Assembly: GCF_044704955.1 (NCBI RefSeq)
Contig: NC_091984.1
Coordinates: 144,832,001 to 144,896,000, forward strand
Source of the DNA: Pristiophorus japonicus
Taxonomy: Eukaryota
Length of the DNA: 64,000 bases
Reading direction: 5' to 3'
This document shows positions 35,265-47,385 of this stretch, piece after piece (position 1 is the first letter of the stretch; each line of letters starts with the position of its first letter). A program made the translations under genes and the position numbers. A model generated the notes under the pieces. The model ran no database searches and was not told the DNA's origin. It worked only from the letters and a program-made list of their open reading frames with translations.

Positions 35265-36722
35265 CCCCCACTCCCCTCCCCCCACTGCCACTCCCCCCAC
35301 ACCCCACTTCCCTGCCCCCACTGCCACTCACCCTCCCCCACTGCCACTCCCCCTCCCCCCACTGCCACTCCCCCCACTGCCACCTCCCCCTCCCCTGCCA
35401 CCACTCCCCTCCCCCCACTGCCACTCCCCTCCCCACACTGCCGCTCCCCCACCCCCCACAGCCACTCCCCTCCTCCCACTGCCACTCCCACTCCCCCAAT
35501 GCCGCTGCCCCAACCCCCACAGCCACTCCCCTCCTCCCACTGCCACTCCCCCTCCCCCACTGCCACTCCCATTCCCCCCATTGCCACTCCCCTCCACCCA
35601 CTGCCACTCCCCTCCCCCCACTGCCACTCCCCCTCCCCCCACTGCGACACCCCCTCTCCCCACTGCCACTCCCCACCCCCCACTGCCACTCCCCCACTGC
35701 CAGTCCCCCTCCCCCACTGCCGCTGCCCCAACCCCCACTCCCACTCCCCTCCCCCCACCACCACTCCCCCTCCCCACACTGCCACACACCCTCCCCCCAC
35801 TGCCACTCCTCTCTCCCCACTGCTACTCCCCCTCCCCCCATTGCCAATCCCTCTCCCCCACTGCCACTCCCCCACCCTCCACTGCCACTCCCCTCCCCCA
35901 CTGCCACAACCCCTCCCCCCACTGCCACTCCCGCTACTGCCACTCTCCCTTCCCCACTACCACACCCCTCCCCCACTCCCCCAATGCCACTCCCCCTCCC
36001 CCCATGCCACCCCCCCAACTGCCAACCCCCCTCCCCCTCCCCTCATGCCACTCCCCCTCCCCCCACTGCCACTCCCCCTCCCCCCACTGCCACTCTCCCA
36101 CTGCCACTCCCCCTACCCCCCCTCCCCCACTGCCACTTCCCCTTCCCCCACTGCCCCTCCCACTCCCCCCACTGCCACTCCCCCTCCCCCCACTGCCACT
36201 CACCCACCCCCCACTGCCCCTCCCCGGCCTGCCACTTCCCCTTCCCCCACTCCCCCTCCCTCCATGCCACTCCCGCTCCCCCCACTGCCACTCCCCTCCC
36301 CCCACTGCCACACCCCCTCCCCACACTGCCACTCCCGCTACTGCCACTCCCCCCTTCCCCACTACCACACCCCTCCCCCACTTCCCCCACTCCTCTCCCC
36401 CTCCCCTCATGCCGCTCCCCCTCCCCCCACTGTCGCTCCCCCCACTGCCACTCCCCCTACCCCCACTGCCACTCCCCCCACTGCCACTTCCCCTTCCCCC
36501 ACCGCCCCTCCCCTTTCCCCCACTGCCAATCCCCCTCCCCCCACTGCCAGTCCCCCTCCCCCCACTGCCACTTCCCCTTCCCCCACTCCCCCTCCCTCCA
36601 TGCCACTCCCCCTCTCCCCAATGCCACGCCCTCCTCCCCCACTGCCACTCCCCCCTCCCCCACTGCCACTCCCCCTCCCCCCACTGCCTTTCCCCGCTCC
36701 CCCCACTGCCACTCCACTGCCG
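35265..36722 (+). repeat. C-rich minisatellite (CCCCCACTGCCACTCCCC..), ~21-bp unit; second copy 56555-57632
   Basis: Directly visible; ~1.45 kb versus ~1.08 kb in the duplicate. Confidence 0.95.
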
Positions 36723-37611
36723 CCCCAGGCTGAGGTGAGGCAGTCTACAGCCGGGCCCTCTAGGCCCAGAGCTGCTCGAGATGGTCCAGCAAGGCCATCC
36801 GCAGCCTCCCCCACTGAAAGTCAGCAGCCTTCCACCACCTATGCTGCAGCCCCTGGGGTAGCACTGTACAGGAGCACTCACTGGGACAGCCAAAGACACA
36901 CGCAAGGCACCCACTGAGGGTATTCACAACGGGGTTAGTTGAGTTTGTGATGTAATATTGGATGGATTGTTATATAACGTTGGGTTGGAATGTTTGTGTT
37001 GGGGGGGCCTTTATTGTGGCTGTGGGGCCAAGTGCTGGGTGTGATGGTCAGTTAGAGAGGGACAGAAAAGTGTGGGACTATTGGTCAATGGGGAGTGGGG
37101 GTTGGGTTCACTGGTACCACACTCGGAGGATTCGATCATGGACAGCCCGGGCAGAAAGGGGCTTTCTGGGTCACTACTCCCTTCCACTTCATCCTCCTCT
37201 TCCTTTTCCTCCTCCCCAGCTGCTCACTGTACACCTGGTAACAAGGACAGTGCCCTCCTGATGGTCGAGGTTGTGGGGCACTCAGCAGGCCACGGCCAAT
37301 CAGGACACATGTTCTGGTGAGTACAGCAGCACTCCTCCAGAGCGGCCCAGGCCGTGGAAGCATTGTTTCAGGACACCAATGTTCTGCTCCATCAGATTGT
37401 GTGTGACAGCATGGCTCTCATTGTCCTCATGCTGCCCACGTGTGGTTGGGTTGTGGAGCAGAGTCATGGAGCCCATGGTCAGTGGATAGCCCTTGTCGCC
37501 CAGTAGCCAGCCTCTGGTTTGTCTCGGTGACTCAAAGACTGAGGAGGCAGCGGCCTGGTGCAGAATAAAAGCATCGTGACTGCTGCCAGGATATCGGGCA
37601 TTCAGCATCAT
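36723..37611 (-). mobile_element. Second Harbinger/HARBI1-like transposase remnant (duplicate 57633-58523)
   Basis: NARYPGSSHDAFIL..GWLLGDKGYPL..EQNIGVLKQCF; truncated by a plus-strand CR1 3' end at 37612. Confidence 0.8.
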
Positions 37612-38388
37612 GATACGGATAGAATGGACCCATTTCCCTCAGCAGAGGGGTCAACAACCAGGGGGCATAGATTTAAAGTAATTGGTGGCAGGTTTAGAGG
37701 GGAGATGAGGAAACAATTCTTCACCCAGAGGGTGGTGGGGGTCTGGAACTCACTGCCTGAAAGGGTGGTAGAGGCAGAAACCCTCACCACATTTAAAAAG
37801 TACTTGGATGTGCACTTAAAGTGCCGTAACCCACAGGGCTACGGACCCAGAGCTGGAAAGTGGGATTAGGCTGGGTAGCTCTTTGTTGGCCGGCGCAGAC
37901 ATGATGGGCCGAAATGGCCTCCTTCTGTGCTGTAATTTTCTGTGATTCTATGATCGTGCTGGTGGTGTTGACCACTTTAAAAGTCGCAGCATACATTTTA
38001 TTGAAGCTATTTCCGTCCCCGGTTTCCCCGCTGCCAATAATTGGATCAATCGATGTTGTAGCGCCCCCTTGTGGTACATCTATATGGGCTCCACACAAAC
38101 CCCTGCTTTCAACCCTTGAACCCACATTGCCTACGCTAGCTGGAGCCCCACTCCTTAGTCACAGCATCTCACAGCACAGAGGGAGGCCATTTGTCCCGTC
38201 AAACCTGTGCTGGCTCTTTGAAAGAGCTATGGACTACTATGGCCTGGACCAATGATCCAGAGACACGAGTTCAAATCCCACCATGGCAGCTGGGGAATTT
38301 AAATTCAGTTCATTAAATAAATCTGGAATAAAAAGCTAGCGTCAGTAATGGTGACCATGAAACTGCCGGTTTGTCGTAAAAACCCATC

Positions 38389-41250
38389 TACCTGGCCTGC
38401 TACCTTCAGGAATCTGTGGACATGCAAACCAAGGTCCCTTTGTTCCTCTACACCTTTCAGTGTCCTGCCATTTAATGTGTATTCCCTTGCCTCGTTAGCC
38501 CAAATGCATTACCTCACACTTCTCCGGATTAAATTCCATTTGCCATTGTTCTGCCCACCTGAACATTTCATTGATATATTCCTGCAGTCTACAGCTTTCT
38601 TCTTCATTATCAACCACACGGCCGATTTTACTATCATCGAACAAAATTCTTAATCATACCCCCTACATTCAAGTCTAAATCCTCGATATACACCACAAAA
38701 AGCAATGGACCTTGTACTGAGCCCTGCGGAATTCCAGGGGAAACAGCCTTCCAGTCACAAAAACACCCATCAACCATTACACTTTGCTTCCTGCCTCTGA
38801 GACAATTTTGGATCTAACTTGCCACTTTGCCCTGGATCCCATGGGCTTTTACTTTCGATACCAGTCTGAAAAGTGGGACCTTCTCAAAAGTCTTGCTAAA
38901 ATCCATAGTCACTACATCAAACACACAGCCCTCATCGACCCTCCACACACAGATTACCTTTATGGTCTCAATTAGGCCAATCTCTTTCTTTAATTATCCT
39001 CCTGCTCTTAATGTATTTATAAAACATTTTTGGGTTTTCCTTGATTTTACTTGCCAAAATGTTTTCATGCTCTCTCTTTGCTTTCCTAATTTCCTTTCCA
39101 ATTGCACCCCTGCACTTTCTATACTCCTCTAAAGTTCCTGCAGTATTGAGCCCTCGGTATCTGTCACAAGCCTCCCTTTTTTACTTTATCCTACACTGTA
39201 TTTCACTTGACATCCAGGGCCACTAGATTTGTTCGTCCCACCCTTTTTCTTTAAGGGAACAGACTTACTCTGAAACCACAGGATTTCCTCCTTGAATGCC
39301 TCCCACTGCTCAGATATTGATTTACCTTCAAGTAGCCGTTTCCAGTACACTTTGGCCAAATCTCATCTCAGCTCAGTTAAATTGGCTTTTCCCCAATTGA
39401 GAACTTTTATTCCTGGTCTATCTTTGTCCTTTTCCATAACTACCTTAAATCTAACTGAATTATGATCACTAGCACCAAAATGCTCTCCCACTGATACCCC
39501 TTCCACCTGCCCCTTTTCATTCCCCAAAACCAAGTCCAGAACCGTCCCCTCCCTTGTCGGGCTTGATACATACTGGCTAAAAAAGTTCTCCTAAATGCAT
39601 TTTAAGGAATTCCGCACCCTCTATACCTTTCACACTAATTTTAATATTAGGGTAGTTGAAATCCCCTACTCTTACTGCCTTATAGTTTTTGCAATTATCA
39701 GAAATGTGCCTACATATTTGCTCTTCTCTCTCCCTCTGACTGTTTGGGGGTCGATAGTACACTCCCAGCAGTGTGATTACTCCTTTTTCGTTCTTCAATT
39801 CGACCTATATGGCCTCATTTGATGATCCTTCCGACATATCATCCCTCCTCACAGCTGTAATTGTTTCTTTCAATTGTTTCACAACTGCGCCCCCTCCTTT
39901 TTATCGCCCTCTCTATCCCGTCTGAAAAACCTGTAACCAGGAATGTTGAGCTGCCATACCTGCCCTTCCTTCAGCCATGTCTCAGTAATAGCTATAATAT
40001 CGTACTCCCAAATGTCTATCTGTGCTCTCAGCTCATCTGCCTTATTCCCTATACTCCTTGCAATGAAGTATACACCATTTAGCACTGCCAAACTGCCTTG
40101 TTGTCTATTTTCTAGGTTTGTTTCCTCTGTCTTCCAAATTCACTTTCTACTTTTCTGCTTTCCAATTCCAGCTTTGCTTCTCTCCCAACTGTATCTATTC
40201 TCCGCGACCCATCCCCTGCCAAGTTAGTTTAAACCCTCCCCAACAGCACTAGCAAAGCCCCCGCGAGGATATTGGTCCCAGCTCCGTTGAGGTGCAACCC
40301 GTCCGGCTTGTATAGGTCCCACCTCCCGCAGAAACGGTCCCAATGCCTCAGGAAACTAAAGCCCTACTTCCTGCATCATCTCTCCAGCCACGCATTCATC
40401 TGCTCTATCCTCCTATTTCTGTACTCACTAGCACGTGGCACCGGGAGTAATCCGGAGATTACTACCTTTGAGGTCTTGCTTTTTAATCTCTCTCCAAGCT
40501 CCCAAAACACTGCCTGTAGGACCTCATCCCTCTTTCTACCAATGTTATTGGTACCAATATGGACCACAACCTCTGGCTGTTCACCCTCCCCCTCACAATG
40601 TACTGCAGCCACTCAGTGACATACTTGACCCTGGCACCAGGCAGGCAACATACCATCCTGGAGCCACATCTGCGGCCGCAGAAATGCCTGTCTGTTCCCC
40701 TAACTATCGAATCCCCTACCACTATTGCTCTTCCACTCTTCTTCCTCCCCCCTGTGCAGCTGAGCCACCCGTGGTGCCGTGGACTTGGCTCTGGCTGCAC
40801 TTCCTGGAGGAACCATCGCCCCCACCAGTACTCAGAACACAATACTGGTTGGAGAGCGAGATGGACTCAGGGGACTCCTGCACGACCTGCCTGGACCTCC
40901 TCTTCTGTCTGGTGGTCACCCATTCCCTCTCTGCCTGCACACTCTTAAGCTGCGTGGTGACCACCTCTAGAAACGTGCTATCCACGAAGTTCTCAGCCTC
41001 GCGGATGCACCGCAGTGACTCCAGCTGCCGCTCAATCTCCGAAACGCGGAGCTCGAGTTGCTGTAGCTGACACTTTCTGCACATGTGGTCGTCTAGGCCA
41101 CAAGAAGTGTCCAGGACTTCCCACATGACACAGGATGTGCTCTCCACGGGACAGAACTGCCCTGCCATGCCTCTATTTAAAAGACTGAGAACTAACTTCG
41201 CAGAAATAAACTTAAAACGAAAAAAAAAACAAATAACGACCTGGCCCTCA
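38389..41250 (-). mobile_element. Decayed CR1 with esterase ORF1 (paralogue of 4448-9290; third copy ~59300-62160)
   Basis: Same ORF1 and APE motifs; an internal deletion at ~38945 relative to copy 1. Confidence 0.9.
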
Positions 41251-41339
41251 TCATTCAGGCCATAATTTCGGGATTTGTTCACCCCACTGAGGACAAACAC
41301 CGTCGATGGGCCATTAATGGGCCTTAAGTTTTCAGCTCA

Positions 41340-41972
41340 GTCAGCTGTGGCTCAATGGGCAGCACACTCACCTCTGAGTCTGAAAGTTGTGGGTTCACGT
41401 CCCACTCCAGAGACGTGAAACGGATAGCACCCAGTGAGTCGTGTCCGCCTCCTTTGAGCCGTGTCCATGAATGGTGTACGTGAGCCATGTCCACGCTGGG
41501 CCTGCGGATCATTAACCGGGCCACACTTCACTTGCGGGGTGAAATTTACCGGGAGGTGCGTGCTGTCGCACCCTGTCATTTGTTTTTGACGACTTACCGG
41601 TCGGGCCTTTCTGTGCCGATGTGGTGGGGTCGATGCCGCGATGGTGCAGCCCGAAACTCGGCGCTGAGCCCACCCCCAGGGGAAGTGCAGCGCGCCACAG
41701 TGCGCTCCATTTCCTGTCAGGTGTCGTGACCCCAATTTCGCTTCCAGGGCGGGATTTCGACGTGGGAAAAGTTACCGCCCCAACCGGGGCTATACGCAAT
41801 TTGGGCCCATTATCTGGTCATAGTCACATGTGGGAGCTTGCTGTGCACAAACTGTCTGTCATGTCTTCTCCATTACCGCAGTGACTACACTTCAAAAGTA
41901 CTTCATTGGCTGTAAAGCGTTTTGGGACATCCTGAGGTGGTGAAAGGCGCTATATAAATGCAAGTCTTTCTT
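41340..41972 (+). mobile_element. Deu-type SINE head and tail separated by an inserted GC-rich element (duplicate ~62250-62885)
   Basis: tRNA-like head 41340-41415 and tail 41810-41972. The insert has degenerate ends GGGGTGAAATTT / CAATTTGGGCCC. Confidence 0.55.
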
Positions 41973-42409
41973 TCCAATTCAGCTCTACATCTTTGAAACC
42001 CAAACCCGCGAACAGTGACGGACAGGTAAAGACCCTGTGGTCCATCCAGCCCGTCCCACACAATTGCAATACCTTGTGTATCACAGTATAGACTCTCCAC
42101 CCCACCCAAAACTACCTGATCTCCTGGGAGAGGCGAAAAACTAGGTAAAAAACCCATTGGGGGGAAATAAATCTGGGAAACTCCTCTCTGACCTCTGCAC
42201 CCGGGCCCCCCCCCCCTGCCCCCCGCCACCAGGCGATGGAAACTACTCCAGGAGGTCACTGTGGCCCTGAATTCCCTGCAGTAACTACCTTCTGTAAGTG
42301 GTGATCTCCGCACCGGCCACAAACAGGTCCTGCTCTCGCTTATGTACAACTCATGGATTTAAAATTACAAGTTTTCCCCACAGTGTCAAGTGCTGCAAAT
42401 ATGTGTTAC

Positions 42410-45400
42410 ATAGAAACATAGAAAATAGGTGCAGGAGTAGGCCATTCGGCCCTTCGAGCCTGCACCGCCATTCAATAAGATCATGGCTGATCATTCACTC
42501 AGTGCCCCTTTCATGCTTTCTCGCCATACCCCTTGACCCCTTAGCCATATCTAACTCCCTCTTGAATATATCCAATGAACTGGCATCAACAACTCTCTGC
42601 GGTAGGGAATTCCACAGGTTAACAACTCTCTGAGTGAAGAAGTTTCTTCTCATCTCAGGCCTCAATGGCCTACCCCTTATCCTGAGACTATGTCCCCTGG
42701 TTCCGGACTTCCCCAACATCGGGAACATTCTTCCCGCACCTAACCCGTCCCTTCCCGTCAGAATCTTATACATTTCAATGAGATCCCCTTTGTTGGGGAG
42801 GGCATCAAACTGGAAATTAGGGGTGCATGCAATAAAGGTGCAGCAGTTATCATGAGTGACTTTAATATGCATATAGATTGGGCTAACCAAACTGGAAACA
42901 ATACGGTGGAGGAGGATTTTCTGGAGTGCATAAGGGATGGTTTTCTGGACCAATAAGTCGAGGAACCAACCAGGGGGGAGGCCATCTTAGACTGGGTGTT
43001 GTGTAATGAGAGAGGATTAATTAGCAATTTCGTTGTGCGAGGCCCCTTGGGGATGAGTGACCATAATATGGTGGAATTCTACATTAGGATGGAGAATGAA
43101 ACAGTTAATTTCGAGACCATGGTCCAGAACTTAAAGAAGGGTAACTTTGAAGGTATGAGACGTGAATTGGCTAGGATAGATTGGCGAATGATACTTAAGG
43201 GGTTGACTGTGGATGGGCAATGGCAGACATTTAGAGACCGCATGGATGAACTATAACAATTGTACATCTCTGTCTGGCGTAAAAAATAAAAAAGGGAAGG
43301 TGGCTCAACCGTGGCTATCAAGGGAAATCAGGGATAGTATTAAAGCCAAGGAAGTGACATACAAATTGGCCAGAAATAGCAGCGAACCCAGGAACTGGGA
43401 GAAATTTAGAACTCAGCAGAGGAGGACAAAGGGTTTGATTAGGGCAGAGAAAATAGAGTACAAGAGGAAGCTGACAGGGATCATTAAGACAGATTGCAAA
43501 AGCTTCTATAGATATGTAAAGAGAAAAAGGTTAGTAAAGACAAACGTAGGTCTCCTGCAGTCAGAATCAGGGGAAGTCAGAACTGGGAACAAATAAATGG
43601 CAGACTAATTGAAAAAGTACTTTGGTTCGCTATTCACTAAGGAGGACACAAACAACCTTCCGGATATAAAAGGGGTCAGAGGGTCTAGTAAGAAGGAGGA
43701 ACTAAGGGAAATCCTTATTAGTCAGGAAATTGTGTTGGGGAAATTGATGGGATTGAAGGCCGATAAATCCCCAGGGTCTGATGGTCTGCATCCCAGAGTA
43801 CTTAAGGAGGTAGCCTTGGAAATAGCGGATGCATTGACAGTCATTTTCCAACATTCCATTGACTCTGGATCAGTTCCTATCGAGTGGAGGGTAGCCAATG
43901 TAACCCCACTTTTAAAAAAATTAGGGAGAGAGATAACAGCGAATTATAGACCGGTCAGCCTGACATCGGTAGTGGGTAAAATGATGGAATCAATAATTAA
44001 GGATGTCAAAGCAGTGCATTTGGAAAGAGGTGACATGATAGGTCCAAGTCAGCATGGATTTTTCAAAGGGAAATCATGCTTGATAAATCTTCTGGAATTT
44101 TTTGAGGATGTTTCCAGTAGAGTGGACAAGGGAGAACCAGTTGATGTGGTGTATTTGGACTTTCAGAAGGCTTTCGACAAGGTCCCACACAAGAGATTAA
44201 TGTGCAAAGGTAAAGCACATGGGATTGGGGGTAGGGTGCTGATGTGGATTGAGAACTGGTTGGCAGACAGGAAGCAAAGAGTAGGAGTAAATGGGTACTT
44301 TTCAGAATGGCAGGCAGTGACTAGTGGGGTACCGCCAGGTTCTGTGCTGGGGCCCCAGCTGTTTACATTGTACATTAATGATTTAGACGAGGGGATTAAA
44401 TGTAGTATCTCCAAATTTGCGGATGACACTAAGTTGGGTGGCAGTGTGAGCTGCGAGGAGGATGCTATGAGGTTGCAGAGTGACTTGGATAGGTTAGGTG
44501 AGTGGGCAAATGCATGGCAGATGAAGTATAATGTGGATAAATGTGAGGTTATCCACTTTGGTGGTAAAAACAGAGAGACAGACTATTATCTGAATGGTGA
44601 CATATTAGGAAAAGGGGAGGTGCAACGAGACCTGGGTGTCATGGTACATCAGTCATTGAAGGTTGGCATGCAGGTACAGCAGGCGGTTCAGAAAGCAAAT
44701 GGCATGTTGGCCTTCATAGCGAGGGGATTTGAGTACAGGGGCAGGGAGGTGTTACAACAGTTGTACAGGGCCTTGGTGAGGCCACAACTGGAGTATTGTG
44801 TACAGTTTTGGTCTCCTATCTTGAGGAAAGACATTCTTGCTTTTGAGGGAGTGCAGCGAAGGTTCACCAGACTGATTCCCGGGATGGCGGGACTGACATA
44901 TCAAGAAAGACTGGATCAACTGGGCTTGTATTCACTGGAGTTCAGAAGAATGAGAGGGAATCTCAAAGAAACGTTTAAAATTCTGACGGTTAGACAGGTT
45001 AGATGCAGGAAGAATGTTCCCAATGTTGGGGAAGTCCAGAACCAGGGGTCACAGTCTAAGGGGTAAGCCATTTAGGACCGAGATGAGGAGAAGCTTCTTC
45101 ACCCAGAAGTGGTGAACCTGTGGAATTCTCTGCCACAGAAAGTTGTTGAGGCCAATTCACTAAATATATTCAAAAAGGAGTTAGATGTAGTCCTTGCTAC
45201 TTAGGGGATCAAGGGGTTTGGCGAGAAAGCAGGAATGGGGTACTGAAGTTGCATGTTCAGCCATGAACTCATTGAATGGCGGTGCAGGCTCGAAGGGCCG
45301 AATGGCTTACTCCTGCACCTATTTTCTATGTTTCGATGTTTCTATCCTTCTAAACTCCAGTGAATAAAGGCCCAGTTGATCCAGTCTCTCCTCATATAAC

Positions 45401-46198
45401 AGTCCAGCCATCCCTGGAATTAGTCTGGTGAACCTTCGCTGCACTCCCTCAATAGCAAGAACGTCCTTCCTCAGATTAGGAGACCAAACCTGAACTCACT
45501 ATTCCAGGTGAGGCCTCACTAAGGCCTTGTACAACTGCAGTAAGACCCCCCTGCTCCGATACTCACATCCCCTAGCTAAGAAGGCCAACAAACCATTTGC
45601 CTTCTTCCTCCCCTGCTGTACCTGCACGCCGACCTTCAAAGACTGATGAACCATGACACCTAGGTCTCACTGCACCTCCCCTTTTCCTAATCTGCCGCCA
45701 TTCAGATAATATTCTGCCTTCATGTTTTTGCCCCCAAAGTGGATAACCTCACATTTATCCACATTATACTGCATCTGCCATGCATTTGCCCACTCACCCA
45801 ACCTGTCCAAGTCACCCTGCATCCTCTTAGCATCCCCCTCACAGCTCACACCGCCACCCAGTTTAGTGTCATCTGCAAACTTGGAGATATTACACTCAAT
45901 TCCTTCATCCAAATCGTTAATGTATATTGTAAAGAGCTGGAGTCCCAGCACTGAGCCCTGCGGCACTCCACTAGTCACTGTCTGCCATTCTGAAAAGTGC
46001 CCATTTATCCCAACACTCTGCTTCCAACCAGTTCTCTATCCACGTCAGTACATTACCCCCAATACCATGCTTTGATTTTGCATAGCAATCTCTTGTGCGG
46101 GAACTTGTCAAAAAGCCTTTTGAAAGTCCAAATATACCACATCCACTGGTTCTCCCTTGTCCACTCTACAAGTAACATTCTCAAAAAATTCCAGAATT
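42410..46198. mobile_element. Plus-strand CR1 (42790-45345, long RT frame 43609-45066) nested in a minus-strand CR1
   Basis: 485-aa RT frame. The host sequence GAGATCCCC...ATCCTTCTAAACTCC is split by the insert. Confidence 0.9.
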
Positions 46199-46555
46199 TT
46201 TTATTATCAGGATTATATTATCAGGGTTATATTCTCACTGTCTGTCATTGTCACAACACTCGCTATATAAGTGCAAGTTGTTGTTGTGTTCAGGGCCGCT
46301 GTATCTGGCTCAGGCTTCTTATCCATCCCCCCCTTTCCCTTCCCCCTCTATTGGGGGCCGTGCCTTCAGCTGCCTGGGCCCTAACTCCCTGCTCCCTAAA
46401 CCTCTCTGCCACTCCACCCCTCTCCTCTTTTAAGACCTCCCTTCAAACCCAATCTGTGACTGAGGGTTTTGATCACCCTCCCAGCCCCTCCCCCTTTGGC
46501 TCAGCACCACTTTGACCAGATTACGCCTCTTTCAGCTGCCTTGGGATGTTGTTCT

Positions 46556-46557
<2 letters not shown>

Positions 46558-46592
<35 letters not shown>

Positions 46593-46928
46593 TCATGTCC
46601 AATCGTTATCCAATCGTTACAATTCTTTGTCAAACGCCAGAGGTCACCCTGCACCAGTCAAGGATCACTCTGCACCAATGCTCTTAGCCAAAAGGCCTAG
46701 AGCCACTGCAGCGTTCCTGGAAGTACTGCAATACCAGGTTCGTGCCATGGAGGTGGATGGGTCAGGTCCCCCACACACCTCCGTGGAGGTGGATGGGTCA
46801 CCAATCCCACCCACCTCCTGTTTACAAAAATGTAAGCATATACCTTCCTGACCAGGGAGGAACCACCCGGACGTCATGGTGGCTGGTCAGGTTAGTTATG
46901 CAGATCTTAGCCAAAAGGCCGAGAAGCG
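46558..46928 (-). mobile_element. U2/U1 chimeric SINE, copy 4 (divergent variant) with TSD
   Basis: Same modular order, ~30-nt poly(A), flanking direct repeat TGTTCTAAT (46550-46558 / 46929-46937); inserted in an L2-type tail. Confidence 0.9.
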
Positions 46929-47385
46929 TGTTCTAATGTTCCAGTTTCTATAGCATTGTCGGTTGTACCTGGCAACAGAACGTCTCTGTGTGGATATACC
47001 CCATGCACCGAGCTCCACGGTGAGGCCTCCCACATTGGAATGGCCAGCCGATGCTCGCTGCAGTGCGGAGTAGCTGCTGAACTGCCAATCAGTCTGAGAC
47101 ACCGCCTCACGAGCGGACGAGGAGATACACGCTGAGATCCACCATCAAATGACACGTGGGGAACTGGAAATGATTCTGCAAATCTGACTGGAGGTTTGGT
47201 CCAAACGGGTTTTACAAACCAATCAATTGAGTGACACAGAAATTGTCAAAAAATGTGGTCTTTTCAGAACCAACATCGCCCCCTTTTGGTATTAAGACAG
47301 CACTGTCAATTTCCCTCACAATTTGACTGAGCTGCAATTTTCAATGTCTCCTCACGTGGCTCGTTGTCAATCTTTATTTTATAAC

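Larger units (their letters stand above)
33547..43080 (+). repeat. Segmental duplication, copy A (copy B 54838-64000)
   Basis: Colinear, near-identical sequence including identical TE junctions; offset ~21.3 kb at the start and ~20.9 kb at the end. Confidence 0.95.

Noticed and set aside
35203-36917. Long Pro-rich and Gly-rich ORFs (also 56251-57773)
   Set aside because: Open in nearly all frames because the C-rich minisatellite lacks stop codons.
37300-37611. Domesticated host HARBI1 gene
   Set aside because: Truncated, frameshifted and interrupted by CR1; a transposon relic.
42378-42410. RSS heptamer CACAGTG (duplicate near 63299)
   Set aside because: No nonamer at 12 or 23 bp spacing and no adjacent V or J coding sequence.
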